DNA of 64,000 nucleotides from Octopus sinensis (GCF_006345805.1 NC_043010.1:62682001-62746000); one strand, 5' to 3'. Positions 1 to 14,494 are shown, counted from the first letter of the stretch. Program-made: numbers and translations. Notes: a model not told the origin generated them from the letters alone.

Positions 1-390
1 TTCGAGCCTATGCTCTTCCACAGAAAGGAACAAGGAGAGAAAATAAAGAATGTGTAGAGGCTAGCTATCTATCATAAATATATATATATATATATATATT
101 AGAAGGTTTGGAGATGATGTACAGGTATTTTATATTAGAAGAAATGAGGTACTCAGAAATTCGGATGGTTTTATATTTACAGATATATATATATATATAG
201 AAAACGACAAAAATATTTTGACGAATTAAATTTAAATGTTGAAATGAATCTAATGGTTTTTGTGTGTTTCTTAAATGGCTTATAAACACCTTCCACACTG
301 CAATTGTTTTCATTCCAGCACACAATCTCAGATCAGGTCACTTACTATGCAAGTACATCTCCATATATATATATATATAAAATCTTTCAA

Positions 391-424
<34 letters not shown>

Positions 425-725
425 TACATCAAGGATTGCAATGTTGCAAATTGCATGGTGGTATGAAACAAAGCACTCAATACTTGGTGTCAGGTGGTCG
501 GCATTAGGAAGAGAATCCAGCTGTAGAAGTCATATCAGAGAAGATATTGGAGCATGATGCAGTTTTTCAAACCATTGGATCCTATCAAACCATGCAACCC
601 CTGGTCAGCAAGGAATACAGGTGTTACATGTTGATGATGATGATGATATATATATATTTGCACACATGTGTGTGTGTGTATGGTGGGTGTGTCTCCATGA
701 ATGCATGTATGTGTTTAGGTTTGTC

Positions 726-1142
726 TCTTTTACTCTTTTACTCTTTTACTTGTTTCAGTCATTTGACTGCGGCCATGCTGGAGCACCGCCTGTAGTCGAG
801 CAAATCGACCCCGCGACTTATTCTTTGTAAGCCCAGTACTTATTCTATCGGTCTCTTTTGCCGAACCGTTAAGTGACGGGGACGTAAACACACCAGCATC
901 GGTTGTCAAGCAATGCTAGGGGGACAAACACAGACACACAAACATATACACACACACTTATATATATACACATATATACGACGGGCTTCTTTCAGTTTCC
1001 GTCTACCAAATCCACTCACAAGGCATTGGTCGGCCCGGGGCTATAGCAGAAGACACTTGCCCAAGATGCCACGCAGTGGGACTGAACCCGGAACCATGTG
1101 GTTGGTAAGCAAGCTACTTACCACACAGCCACTCCTGCGCCT
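726..1142 (-). mobile_element. tRNA-derived SINE, family A (full length)
   Basis: Reverse complement of ggcgcaggagtggctgtgtggtaag...ttgggcaagtgtctt...gactgaaacaagtaaaagag, shared with many copies. Confidence 0.9.
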
Positions 1143-1434
1143 ATGTAAATACGGAACGCTTCACGAATTTGCATGTAATCCTTGTGCATGTCTATCTGTG
1201 ATGTTTTTATATTTGTTTAAGCTCTTTGCAGAATTCAAGATGGCTGCCATCCAAGCGACAAAGCAACAAAGCCTCTTTGTTTGTGTCGAGATAGTTCAAG
1301 AGAAGCCTTACTACATCAATGACATAGTATGGATGTGTGCATATATGTGTGTGTGCATGTGTGTGTGTGTATGTGTATGTATGTGTGTGTGTTTATATGT
1401 GTGTGTATATAGGTGTGTGTATTATATATAAATG

Positions 1435-1465
<31 letters not shown>

Positions 1466-1514
1466 ATATATCTGTGTATTTATATGTATGTGTGTGTGTG
1501 TTTTATATATATAT

Positions 1515-1745
1515 ATCATCATCATCATCATCATCATTTAACGTCCGCTTTCCATGCTAGCATGGGTTGGACGAATGACTGAGGGCTGGCGAACCAGATG
1601 GCTGCACCAGGCTTCAATCTTGATCTGGCAGAGTTTCTACAGCTGGATGCCCTTCCTAATGCCAACCACTCCAAGAGTGTAGTGGGTGCTTTTACGTGCC
1701 GCCAGCACGGAGGCCAGATGGCCGCTCTGGCAATGATCACGCTCG
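1515..1745 (-). mobile_element. SINE family C (tail ...catgctagcatggaaagcggacgttaaa(tga)n)
   Basis: Shared body ggatgcccttcctaatgccaacc. Other copies lie at about 455-640, 4360-4610, 5160-5340, 5405-5580, 40860-41050, 42645-42900, 55455-55680 and 59930-60262. Confidence 0.85.
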
Positions 1746-2019
1746 GATATATATGTATATATATAAATATATATATATATTCCTCCCACCCAACTGCATT
1801 GGACATTTTGGGGATCTTTGGTTTGTGCTAGAGATCATTGCGCTCCAACATCCCCGAGCCTGCGACTCATTGGTATCAGACATCTTGCTCCGGCTTGTCT
1901 CTGGATAATGTCAATATAGTGGAGAGGGTCTACGAGGTGTCGCGCAAGCCTTATTGGACCTAAAACTCTGCACAGGCAGATGTATTAGTTTAATGTTCCT
2001 GAAGGTCAGCAATGGTCTT

Positions 2020-2170
2020 CCTTGTATCCCTGCCCTGTAAAAGTTTGTTGACTGTTTTTTGAACCGCTTCTTCACTACAGTTTTCACTTCCTCGCCACGG
2101 GAATAATGTTTGCCTCTCAAACCCTCTTTCATGAGGCCAAAGAGATGATAGTCTGAAAGCACTAAATTTT
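2020..2170 (-). mobile_element. Mariner transposase C-terminal fragment (second family)
   Basis: Translation LSDYHLFGLMKEGLRGKHYSRGEEVKTVVKKRFKKQSTNFYRAGI matches the mariner region following YSPDLAP. Confidence 0.8.
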
Positions 2171-2712
2171 CCAGTGCTTTGGATCAAAAGGAATGCTGAT
2201 GTTAATAATACTTTCTTTTGAAAATACTGGTAGTAAGTCCTTTATATAACTGGTGGATTCAGTGTAGCAAAAAGGCAGAAGCCCGTCAGTGGACAAGTGG
2301 CTTGAAATCAACAACTGCAAATAAGTTGCTGGGGTAACTGCTATGCAGATATATGACTTTCACCGAAGCGTACAATACTGGATACAGTGTAATTTAGATA
2401 CACATGCACACATATAAAATTTTGTCTCCTCTTTCCATGCTGGTATGGGTTGGACAAAACATATTAAGGCAGAATTGTAGTGTCTAACCACCCTACTGTT
2501 TTACAGTTGTATGGACTCATCCATGGCCACCAAGCGAAGCTTTTGAAGTTGGAACTTGATTGCATTGAGATCGTCCCATGATGTAGGAGGTAGGGAGAAT
2601 CCCATCAGACTTCAAAGGGTTTTAGTTAAAGAGAGAGCCTGTCAAATACTCCCAGGACTGCTTTCAAATACATCCACTGAGGCCTGCGCCTGTGTATATA
2701 GATATATCATCG

Positions 2713-2746
<34 letters not shown>

Positions 2747-2782
2747 TTAACATCCACATCATTATATATTACATTTATATTT

Positions 2783-2845
<63 letters not shown>

Positions 2846-3137
2846 CATATATATGTCTATATATATATATATATATTTATTTATATATGTATATATACAT
2901 GTATATATATCACATATATAATATATACATATATATATATATATAGGAAATATATGTATTTTTGAATGTGCGTGTGTGTATGTATATATAATTTGATGAA
3001 AATAATATATTATACATATATATATACACATACAAATATAAATACACATACACACACACACACACATATTATATATATATATACAAACAATAGAATATAT
3101 ATATATATATATATTACATATATATATATATATATGC

Positions 3138-3202
<65 letters not shown>

Positions 3203-4562
3203 CATACATGCAAACACACATACCCACATATATATTCATATATATCCACACATGCATACAGGCACAAACACACCCACCCACACACACACACACACTTATG
3301 TTTCTGTATTTTTGTATGTCTGGGTGGGTAAGTGTTTATAATTTTATAATTGTGTCTAGTGTTGTGTGTGTGTGTGTGTGTGTGTGATGTGGTGTGTATG
3401 TACACATGTGTGGGTGGGGTGTATGTGGGTGGGTGGGTGTGCAAAAACAGGAAAACAAGCAATGAGCTTATATACACGCCAAGCTGGGCGTTACTGTGAA
3501 GAAGAAGAAGGGTAGGAAATTATGAGGGTGGTGGGGGTGGGGTGGAGGTGACTGCGGGGTGGGGGTATTGTTACTGTTGTTGTTGTTCTTATTTGCCCAC
3601 ACCCCTACCTTCTTCCCCTGTGCCCTTCCACTCACTCCTACTTCTAGCCCAGCACCCCACCCCAACCCCACACTACACACACACACACACACACACACAC
3701 ACGCCATTCCCCCACCCGGACTTTACCCTCCTCCCTTTATATCTCTTTCCCCTATCTTTCTGTGTGCGTTAGTGCATGTGTGTATATAAGTGTGTATATG
3801 CGCGCGCGCGTGTGTGTGTGTGCTTGTGTGTGCGTGTGTGTGTGTGTGTATGTGCTTGTGTATGTGTGTGTGTGTGTATGTGTGTTCCTCAGTGTATGTA
3901 GTGTATGTATGTTTATCTTTTATATTTATTTTTATTTCTATTTTTCATATTTTTTAAGGCCTAATCTAAAGAGAAAGGGCAGTTTCCATGACCCCATTCA
4001 AGGGCCCTGGGAGGGAGATAGATGGGAGAAAGAAAGGAACAGAGGAAGTCCTCCTCAGCCCCTGTCCCACCCCAAGTCTTAACCCTCTCCACCACCACCA
4101 ATTCTTGCAACAGAAGCAGATTCTTCTGAAGTCATCTAAGACACCAGGCGGTGGTGTCAGACCGGGTGCTGTTTCAAGTCTACCATTTAACAACCTAAAA
4201 CATTTCCTCTCAAACACTTCTGCAAGTCACTTTGCAACCTTGTGGTTCAGGGTTCATTCCCATTGCGTGGAACATTGAACAAGTGTCTTCTGCTATAGCC
4301 CTGGGCCAACCAATGATCTGTCAGTGAATCTGGTTGATGGAAACTGTATGGAAGCCCGTGCCAGTGCCACGTGAAAATCACCCATGCTGGTGACATGTAA
4401 AAAGGACCCAGTACACTGTGTAAAGTGGTTGGCATTAGAAAGAACATCTGGCTGTAGAAACCAGGCCAAAAGAGACAACTGGAGTATTGTGTAGCTCTCC
4501 AGCTGACCAGTTTTGTTCGAACTATCCAGCCCATACCACCATGGAAAACATGTTAAATGATG

Positions 4563-4609
<47 letters not shown>

Positions 4610-4963
4610 CTCTCTTTGTTTTTTTCCTCTGTCTCCATTTTATTCCTCTCAACATAAAGAATGACCCTTCATCAGTTGGTTGTTGGCTGTCTATCTACTC
4701 CTCATTTCAAGCACTGAATGACAATAAGTATATATAAAGTTAATCCAAACATGAAAGCACAAAAAAACACAACAATGCGATGACGTGGAACAAATATAGT
4801 ATTATTAGACGCTCAGGAAAGAAGGAAAGAAGGAGGGTTTAATGTTTCGAGCGGAGCTCTTTGTTGGAAACATAGGAAAAGGGAAGATCCAGAGAAGGGA
4901 AGACAGAGGAAAAAAATCGCCAACGGTACACATGCGGTCACATTTTGAATGACCGGAAGGAAA

Positions 4964-5010
<47 letters not shown>

Positions 5011-6324
5011 CGTTTCTCATTGTGTTCGACGTCCTTTTGGTGTCCTGTACTCATATATGCATCTATATGTACATGTAGAGGTAGGTACGTACATATATGT
5101 TTATATATATGCATATGTTTTATTTTATTTATTAATATATATATATATATATATATATAGCCTCCCCTGGCACCTGTGCCACGGAGTGGTTGGTGTCAGG
5201 AAGGGCAGCCAGCTGTAGAAACATTGCCAGATCTGACTGGAGCCTGGTGCAGCCTCCTGGCTTCCCAGAACCCAGTCGAACCGTCCAACCCGTGCTAGCA
5301 CGGAAAATGTACGTTAAACGATAATGATGATGATGATGATATCTTCATCATCATCATTGTCATCATTATCTTCAATGCCATCATCATCATTGTCGCTGTC
5401 GTCATCATTTAACATTTGCGTTCCATTTCTGGCATGGTTTGGATAGTTCGACGGGATTTGATGGGACCCAGGACTGCATTTTGCTCCAGTGTCAAATTTT
5501 GGAATGTTTTCTACATCTTATTGCTCTTCCTAATACAAACCACTCTACACCTTTGGACTGGGTGCTTTTTTGGTTCCACCAACATAGGTGAGGTTGCCAT
5601 TGCAGTTCACAGAACTATGAACCCTGGAGAAGATGGGGGTGATACGTTAATGTTAGGGAACAACGGGGCTAAACTGTGAGAAGAGGGTGTCAAAGTAGGT
5701 TCTTGCGGAGGATCTGCATGGCTACTCACATTTCGTGGGGTAAAAGGAGGGAGAGAAAACAGAATGATCAGAAAGAGATAGACGGTGGCAATGGGGAGCT
5801 CGGGTGGCCCTGCGAGGCACAAGCAGAATGGAAGTGCGTGGGCGGTTGTTTTGCAAGATTGCATGGGGAGCAGAAGGTGAGAGGATGGGGAGACAGATGG
5901 CAAAATTTGGGTAGGTTTGGAGGGTGGATGAACAATGTGCCATGACTTGGGAAAAATAGAGGGAGGCAGTAAAGAGTAGGGCGGGGGGGGGGGGCAAGGG
6001 ACAGGAGAGTAATGATGATACAGTCAATGGGGAGGTGGGAGGACAAGGGGGTGAGATGATATGGTTGGGTAGTCTGCAAGAGCTGAGGTGGGTGGGGGAA
6101 GGCAGGTGTAGTGTGTTATGGGGGTAAATTCAGCTCCTGGGTGGTGAGTCACTGTAATGTGGGTGGGGAGCAAAAACTACAATGTGCTTAGTGCTTCCAC
6201 AACTCAATTTCTCAGAGGATGGTGAATCTTTATGAGATCCGAATATCACCAGAAATCCTGGTCATTTCTCATCTCCCCCATAAAGCTCCCATACCTGAGA
6301 CAGAGCTGCTGCTGCTACTAATAC

Positions 6325-6502
6325 TACAACCACCACCACCACCACCACCACCACCACCACCACCACCACCACCACCACCACCACCACCACTACTACCACC
6401 ACCACCACCACCACCACTACTACCACCACCACCACCACCACCACTACTATTACTACTACCACCACTACTACTACTACCACCACCACTACTACCACCATCA
6501 CC

Positions 6503-6555
<53 letters not shown>

Positions 6556-6639
6556 CACCACTACTATTACTACTACCACCACCACCACTACTATTACCAC
6601 CACTACTACTACTACCACCACCACCACCACCAATACTAT

Positions 6640-6675
<36 letters not shown>

Positions 6676-6782
6676 CACCACCACCACCACTACTACCACC
6701 ACCACCACCACCACCACTACTACTACAACTACTACTACTGCTGCTGCTGCTTCTGCTGCTGCCACTGCTGCTACTACTACTA
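6325..6782. repeat. (ACC/ACT)n compound microsatellite
   Basis: Direct inspection. It is the source of the poly-Pro, poly-Val and poly-Gly/Ser ORFs. Confidence 0.95.
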
Positions 6783-7819
6783 CACATACACACATACACA
6801 CACATACACATCATAGACCACATGCAAAGCTGGCTGACTGATCAGGAATCATTCATTAACACACTCCAACCACTCCTCATTCAGCTTCCTCTCTCCTCCT
6901 CTTTCTCCTTTCATCAGTCATCACTACAGTGACCATGGGAAGTTGCATGCTCCAGTCATTAATCAATAAAGGTGTTCGGTTCACGATCAAGAAGTGGTAG
7001 GTTCAATTCCTGAACTAGGCAGAATGCTGTATTTGTTCACTTATATATAAACACACACACACACACCACATATATATATAATGAAAACAATGAACATAAA
7101 ATGAAAGAAGACAACATTGAAATTTTGTTTAACAAATATTTTATTGTCTTAATGCTTAAAAAGGAGTCTTAATGTTTCGAACGCTAGTCCTTCATCATAA
7201 AAAAAGTATAGTTGAATTAATTAGAGGAGAGTGGCCGAGGTCGACTTTTCCTTTCATCTTTTCAGGGTTGATAAATTAAGTACCAGTTATGTACTGGGGT
7301 CGATCTACTCGACTGGCCCCCTGCCCCAAAATTTCAGGCCTTGTGCCTAGAATAGAAAAGAATGAGGGTGAAAGAAAGAAAAAGAATGGGTGAAGGGTTA
7401 GGAGCCAGGAGGGATGGTGAGTTTGTGGAGGGGAGATGAAGGAGGGAGTAGGTTGTAGGGCATGTACATATAGGAGCACATCTAAGAATTCAGATGGATA
7501 CAAGATCAGCACATAAATGCACACACACACACATGTGTATGTCTTGCCTTGTTTTGGGTTCTGTACTCCTTGATGGATATAGAAGAGGTATTATGAAGTA
7601 TAGCATGTCCTCATGGCTCTGATCACTCTCCAGGTCTGACAACAGCTGATTTTTTTTTTTCAAGATAGGAAAAAAATTGAAAAAAAGATAGAAAGCTGAC
7701 CATAGTTTCATGAGTGGTACTTCAGGTGTTGACCCCAAAAGGATGATACGCAAAGATGACTTTGGTGCGATTGAACCTGGAACATAGAACGTCGTAATGA
7801 TTACCACAAAGCAAATTAT

Positions 7820-7855
<36 letters not shown>

Positions 7856-8217
7856 GTTTAACGTCTGTTTTCCATGCTGAAAGAATCCCATCATATATAT
7901 ATATATGAAACTGAAACCATCATATATATATATATATGTGTGTGTGTGTATCTTTGTACCTGCATTTGTCTCCCACTACTGCTTGACAGCTGGTATTAGC
8001 ATGTTTACATCCTATAACTTTGCAGTTTGACAAAAGAGACTGATAAAATAAGTTCCAGGTTTTTCAAAAAATAAGTGCTGGGGTGGATTCATTCAATTAA
8101 AAATTCTATAAGGCAGTGCCCCAGCATGGCCACAATCTAATGACTGAAACAAGTAAATGCTAAAAGATAAAAAACACACTCACACACATACACACATGCA
8201 CGCACGCAGGCACACAT

Positions 8218-8254
<37 letters not shown>

Positions 8255-8349
8255 ATGGGTACATGTGTGGAGGTGCGTACTTGTGTGCGTGTGTGTGTGT
8301 GTGTAAGTATGTATGTATATGAGTCAGCTGGGAGTAAGGTAGGGCTACT

Positions 8350-8394
8350 GCTGTGCTGATGAGTTTGATTAAGACAGAAACACCTGTCCATAGC
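8350..8394 (+). ncRNA. Minimal type I hammerhead ribozyme motif with one extra base before GAAA
   Basis: Stem I GCTGTG/CATAGC (6 bp, one G-T); core CTGATGA(8356-62); stem II GTTT/AGAC; extra A at 8376; GAAAC-ACCT-GTC giving a GUC triplet (8386-88). Confidence 0.55.
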
Positions 8395-8734
8395 TGTTCA
8401 GGTAATCATGACTGTCTTTGCCTTAATCACAAGTTGCTGTTGGAAAACCCTTTAATCTTGGGATTATCTCCTTTTCCCCATTCAACTGGTAATCCATTGG
8501 TTACAATGAAGAGAGTTCCAGTCGATCCGATGAACAGAACAGCCTGCTCGTGGAATTAATTAATGTGCAAGTGGCTGAGTACTCCACAGACACGCATATC
8601 CTTAATGGAGTTCTCAGGGAGATTCAGCATGACAAAGGTGGCCAACAGATGGTGACAAAGCTGGCCCTTTGCATTACAGGCACAGCCAGTCACTCCATAA
8701 TTGCCATTCACTCCATTATTGCCCAAGGGCAAAT

Positions 8735-8862
8735 GGCGTAGTGGTTAAGAGCATGGGCTACTAACCCCAAGATTCAGAGTTCAATTCCAGGCAGTGACAT
8801 GAATAATAATATAATAATGATAATAATAATGATAATAATAATAATAATAATAATAATTATTA

Positions 8863-8898
<36 letters not shown>

Positions 8899-8968
8899 GA
8901 TGATGATGATGATGATGATGATGATAATAATAATAATAATAATAATAATGATAATAATAATGATGATG

Positions 8969-9020
<52 letters not shown>

Positions 9021-9037
9021 TAATAATAATGATGATG

Positions 9038-9101
<64 letters not shown>

Positions 9102-9258
9102 CAACAACAGTAATAACAACAACAACATCGAAAAATACCTTAGAAATGAGAACCCGGCTGGAGAGTAAATCATCTGAAATGTGTTAACAAACAAGATGAG
9201 GAGAAATATCCGTCAAATGTAAACAATGTACATAATTCCTCATCTCTCAAATATAGAA
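8735..9258 (+). mobile_element. Composite element, copy 1: tRNA-like head + (TAA/TGA/CAA)n + conserved 3' domain
   Basis: Head ggcgtagtggttaagagc...gagttcaattccaggcagtgac with A/B-box-like motifs; array 8801-9123; tail acatcgaaaaatacc...aaatatagaac in which the CTGATGA segment is deleted. Confidence 0.75.
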
Positions 9259-9569
9259 CAGGTACAGCTCATTTTTGCCAGCTGAGTGGACTGGTGCAAC
9301 ATGAAATAAAGTGTCTTGCTCAAGGACACAACACACCACTAAGTATTGAACTGACTTCCTTACAATTGTGGACTGAGCACTCCCAGCCATTAAGCCGATG
9401 CCTTCCCTTCTCATTTTTGATTTGGTTTCAGTTGTCATCAAGCAAAATGGTTCTCTTTTCCCTGGATGTGAGAATAATTTCAGATCATAAATTTATCTGG
9501 TACAATATTTAATATACTTATAACTCTTACTTTTTTTGTGGCTGCCTATCAACCTATCTATTTTTCTAG

Positions 9570-9607
9570 CTATCCATCCACCTATCTATCTATCTATATC
9601 TATCTGT

Positions 9608-9667
<60 letters not shown>

Positions 9668-9722
9668 ATCTATCTATCTATCTATCTATCCATGTATGTA
9701 TGTATGTATGTATCTATCTATC

Positions 9723-9761
<39 letters not shown>

Positions 9762-9790
9762 ATGTATATATATATATATATGTCTGTCTG
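9570..9790. repeat. (TCTA)n/(TGTA)n/(TA)n/(TG)n compound microsatellite
   Basis: Direct inspection. Similar dinucleotide-rich tracts occur at 2690-3400, 10560-11110, 32950-34260 and 37900-38150. Confidence 0.9.
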
Positions 9791-11000
9791 CCTGTCTGCT
9801 GTCTGTCTGTCTGTGGATCTATGTATGTGTGTGTGGTACCAAGGAGTGTTATGTGGCGTGTATGAATGTTTGATGTCATATGTTTAAATATACAACCAGT
9901 GATGTATGTATACACATACACATACATACATATATATAAATGTGTGTGTGTGACTGATGTACACACACACATATATATACATATACCTTCCCCCCCCCAC
10001 ATACACACGTATGACAGGGTGGGGAGCAGCTTGTGTGTGTGTGTGAAAGAGGATTTATATGTGTGCCTCCCCCCACCGCAAGGTATAATGATATTAGGTA
10101 CAAAGACACATCTACCCATCTATTTACATACCTACCCCTATCTTACCTTTCCTCCTTACCTGCCAACCCACCCCCTTGTCTTCTCACATATCTACCTAAA
10201 TATCCACCAAGCTGCCTACCCACCAATCAAGCTCTCCACCCAGCCTTGTACCAACATTCCTATTGTCCAAACTTGTTTTACCCACCCAGTCTACCCATTC
10301 ACCCACCCTCCCGATCTAACTGCCTATGTAATTACCCACCCCATTATACTATGGCCCAGTCCATCTAGGGGTAAATGTCTACCCGAAGCTATCTGTCTAC
10401 CCATTTAATATCTACCCTCCTCACCTACCCGTTTACTTAGTTATTTCCCCACACACCCACATACACATCTACCCATCTAATCAGCTGAGATGCGGTAGGA
10501 GGGTTTGCTTTTTTTCGGGGTGCGGGGGGGGGCACAGTGACAAGGCCACCACACATCCTCCTCAGAATCATATCTCTGTCACACATACACACATACACAC
10601 ATACATACATTTAGACACATATACGCTAACACACAAACACACACATAGCATACAAACATCTACATATGTACATATATGTGGGTGTAGGTGAATTATGTCT
10701 ATATATATATATATATATTATATATATATGTATATATATATGTGTGTGTGTGTATTTATCTATCTATCTATCTATCTATATATATATACACACTCATATA
10801 TATACACACACACGTATATATGTATGAATACATCCTCCCAACCATATATATGTATATATACATAGACATATATATATATAGACACACGCACACCACACAT
10901 ATATATATATACACACATCACGCACACATATATGTGTGTACATATATATATATGTGTGTGTGTGTGTATATGTATATATGTTTGTGTGTATCTATCTGTA

Positions 11001-11042
<42 letters not shown>

Positions 11043-11315
11043 AATATATCTATATACACATACATGCACACACCCATATATATATATACTTATACACACA
11101 CATACAGGCGACACACCTTTTCAGCAGTATAATACACCACCTCTTCGGTCTCACTCCACACAACCAACCTACTAACCGACCTCCCTCTCTCACCCTTACC
11201 CCGCAACTCCCAACTAGACTACCTACCTAGCAACCCATTGGCTAAAGTGACAAGGCATCAAGAGGCGGCCCACCCCCACCCTCCCTCTCCCACCTCCGCC
11301 TCCCCGCTTACTCAC

Positions 11316-11388
11316 CTCCGACTACATCACATGTCAATGGGAGAGTGGAGGGTGCAGGTGGTGGTGGTGGTGGTGGAGCTGGAAGACA
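11316..11388 (-). CDS. Candidate internal coding exon, Pro-rich (CLPAPPPPPPPAPSTLPLTCDVVG)
   Basis: Minus strand: long pyrimidine tract ...ctctccttcag| and consensus donor GAG|gtgagt. The 73-nt exon has only one open frame (phase 0 to 1). No homology recognised. Confidence 0.4.
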
Positions 11389-11918
11389 CTGAAGGAGAGA
11401 TGAGAGAGTGAGAGAAGAGAGAGGTAGAGAGGGTGAGAGTGAACGAGAGAGAGAGAGAGAGTGAGAGACATTAATGTTTCTGTCGGTGATAGACTTTGGA
11501 CAGGCCTGTATACGCACACACACACACACACACGCACACATACATACACACACACACGCGCACACTAGAAGACTGTTCATAAATTAACCACACATGCTTG
11601 TATGATGTGTGTGTGTGTGTGTATGTGTGGTTGTGTGTGCGTGTCTGTGTGTGTTTAAGCTCGGCATTATGAGACGGTTACACGTGTATGGTCACATATA
11701 GTGTTATACAACATACTTTCACGTATATACACACACACACACGCTTTTATATTACCCGCATATACATTATTACATACACACACACAAATTTACGTGTGTG
11801 TGTGTGTGTATGCTTGTATGAGTACGTATACAAACATTCATGCATACATACGTACATACATACACATATGTATGTGTATCTCTGTCACTGTCTGTCTCTC
11901 TCTTTCTCCCTATATATA

Positions 11919-12089
11919 GGCGCGGCTCTGGTAAGAGGCTTTCTTCTCAACCTCATGGTTCCGGGTTCAGTCCCACCTTGGGCAAGTGTCTTCTACTATA
12001 GCCTCGGGCCGACCAAAGCTTTGTGAGTTGATTTGGTAGACGGATACTGAAAGAAGCCCATCATCTGTGTGTGTCAGTGCTGCGCGCGC

Positions 12090-12136
<47 letters not shown>

Positions 12137-12360
12137 TGTGTGTGTCCGTATCTTTGTGTCTGTGTTTGTCCCCCACCATCGTCTGACAACTGATGTTGGT
12201 GTGTTTACGTCCCCATAAACTAGCGGTTCGGCAAAAGATAACGATAGAATAAGTACTAGGCTTACAAAGAATATGTCCTGGAGTCGATTTGCACGACTAT
12301 AAGGCGGTGCTCCAGCATGGCCGCTGTCAAATGACTGAAACACGTCAAAGAATAAAAGAA
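11919..12360 (+). mobile_element. SINE family A
   Basis: Same head, internal (TG)n and tail. It is followed tail-to-tail by an inverted 3' half (about 12380-12570) and a 5' half (12586-12716). Confidence 0.85.
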
Positions 12361-14083
12361 TATATATGTATGTTTCTGTTTAGATTTAGTTTCAGTCATT
12401 ACACCGTGCCCACGCTGGAGCACCGCCTTGAAGGACTTAACCAAAGAAGTCAATCCCAGTAATTACTGTTTTTAAGCTTGGCAACTATTCATCCGGTTTC
12501 TCTAACCGCATCGTTAGAGGACGGGGACATAAACAAACCAACAACAGTTGTCAAGCGGTGGGGTTGGGAGATACATACATACATAGGCGCAGGAATGCCC
12601 ACGTGGTAGGAAGCTTGCTTACCAACCACATGGTTCCGGGTTCAGTCCCACTGCGTGGCACCTTGGGCAAGTGTCTTCTGCTATAGCCTCGAGTCGACCA
12701 AATAGATTTGGTAGATGCACGTGTGTATACATTCATATATGCATAATGTAAACACAACGAACATAAAAAGAAAACAAATATTGATGAAAACGTTATTAGC
12801 TTAACGTTCTAATGAGAGAGAAAGTGCCATAACGTTTCGGACGTCTGTCTTTCATCATAAAAAAGAAAACAAAGGGCATATAAAATTGAGAAATAGAAAT
12901 TGTAAAAAGAAAATTGATGAAGGGTTAAAAAGTTTATGGGGAATGCTGTTCTATGGGGGGGGGGAGCGAGAATTAAGACGTGGGGAAAGAAGGGGTGGGT
13001 ATACAGACGTAAATAAATACGAATGTATCTATGTCTGAGCGTAGAAACGAGGGCTGTGTGGTGTGTGTATGTGTTGGTGTGTTGTATCTTTGTGTATAGA
13101 GGTGTGTGTGGGAGTGTAGTGGTTTGGGTTAATTGGAGGGGTGTGTACATGTAATCACTGAGAGTGTGGTGTGGAAGTGTGTGTCTGTGTGGTGGTCATG
13201 GTTACGGTGTGAGTATTTATGTGTATATGTATGTGCGAGTATGTATGTGTATATGTGCGATTGTGTACATGTCTGCCTGTCTATATGTGTGTATGTCAAA
13301 GAGTGTATACCTGCATGTGTGTGTATGTATGAGAGTGTGTTTATGTGAACGTGTCTCTGTGTGTATACATGTATATTAGTATGTGTACGTATGTATGTAT
13401 GCATGTACGTGCAGGTATGTATGTGCGCGTGCGTGTGTGTGTGTGTGTATGTCTGTATGTGTATATGTATCTGTGTGTGTGTGTGTGTATATGTATGGAA
13501 AATTGTGCGAGTGCGTTTTTGTATGGTGTGTACGTATGTGTGCATGTAGGTCTGTTGATATAAAATCTCGTCTAACCCATGCCGACAAATGTTAAAATGA
13601 CAGTTTGTGTGTGTGTGTATGTATTTTTGCTGAAGGCACGCGTGGTCTGAGTTCGATACCTGGCAACGCTTTGTGTCCTTAAGCAAAACGCTTTATTCCA
13701 CGTTGCTCCAGTCCACTCAGCTGGCAAAGATCTCCATGACAATTACATGAAGGCTAAACATGTCTATAGAGTGCCCAGCCACTTGCCCGTTAATTTCACG
13801 AGCAGCCTTACCTTTGATCGAATCAACTGGAAGCCCCATCATCGTTATCGACGGAGTACCCATATGTTTTTGAGTGTCTCCGTGTGTGTGTTTTTAGTGT
13901 GTTTATGTGAATGTTTGAATAAGCAATCTATCCTTTTAACCAGTGGTGACAATATTGAGGCGCATGCGCCAAAATTGGTGCACGGGAGGTTTTAGAAGTA
14001 GAAAATGGTGCATTGTACACCTGTCGATAATTGTTTGAAACACCTTTGATGCTTGTTTGATTTTGAGGCAGCAACCAGGTTTT

Positions 14084-14494
14084 GGATCTTTTCGGTTTGA
14101 CTGGCAGTTTTTTCTAGCGGTATCATATGAAATTGTCACCCATAATTATGACCCTAGTATCGATCTATTGCATTTTAATCTGTTTTAGGGTTAGTGGTGG
14201 GGAGAAGGGTATCTTTTTTCTTCACAAATGTAAATAAACCCAATCTGTTTCTTAAACGAGGGGCATATTCATACGGCACAGAATGTTTTCACCTGAATAG
14301 ACGTCATTGATTGGTTGAAATTGCAGAAATTGAAGAAAAAAAAACAACAAATATCTTACAAACTATAGAATTTTCTCAATAAAGCCGAGAGAAAAAGATG
14401 TTTTATAAACACATTCTACCAGTATACGAAGTTTAAAAGTGTTTAGTTACGTGGAAATTATTTTAAAAAACTGCCGGTCAAACTGAAAATATCT
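14084..14494. mobile_element. MITE with GG-starting TIRs, nested in the hAT element
   Basis: Left ggatcttttcggtttgactggcagttttt and right aaaaaactgccggtcaaactgaaaatatc are imperfect inverted repeats. No clear TSD. An internal segment is shared with the MITE at 49367-49584. Confidence 0.7.

Noticed and set aside
913-1431. Recurring ORFs such as MLGGQTQTHK...MPRSGTEPGTMW (also 17522-17785 and 49962-50225)
   Set aside because: Antisense translation of SINE family A, not a gene family.
2550-2690. Possible CR1/L2-like LINE 3' end on the minus strand
   Set aside because: Similarity is too short and weak to support.
3959-4230. Possible plus-strand exon after ttttttaag (RPNLKRKGSFHDPIQGPW...*)
   Set aside because: Two competing frames, no clear donor and no recognisable homology.
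6219-6932. 237-aa poly-Pro/Leu ORF (formin- or extensin-like appearance)
   Set aside because: Trinucleotide array open in several frames on both strands; no supporting unique domain.
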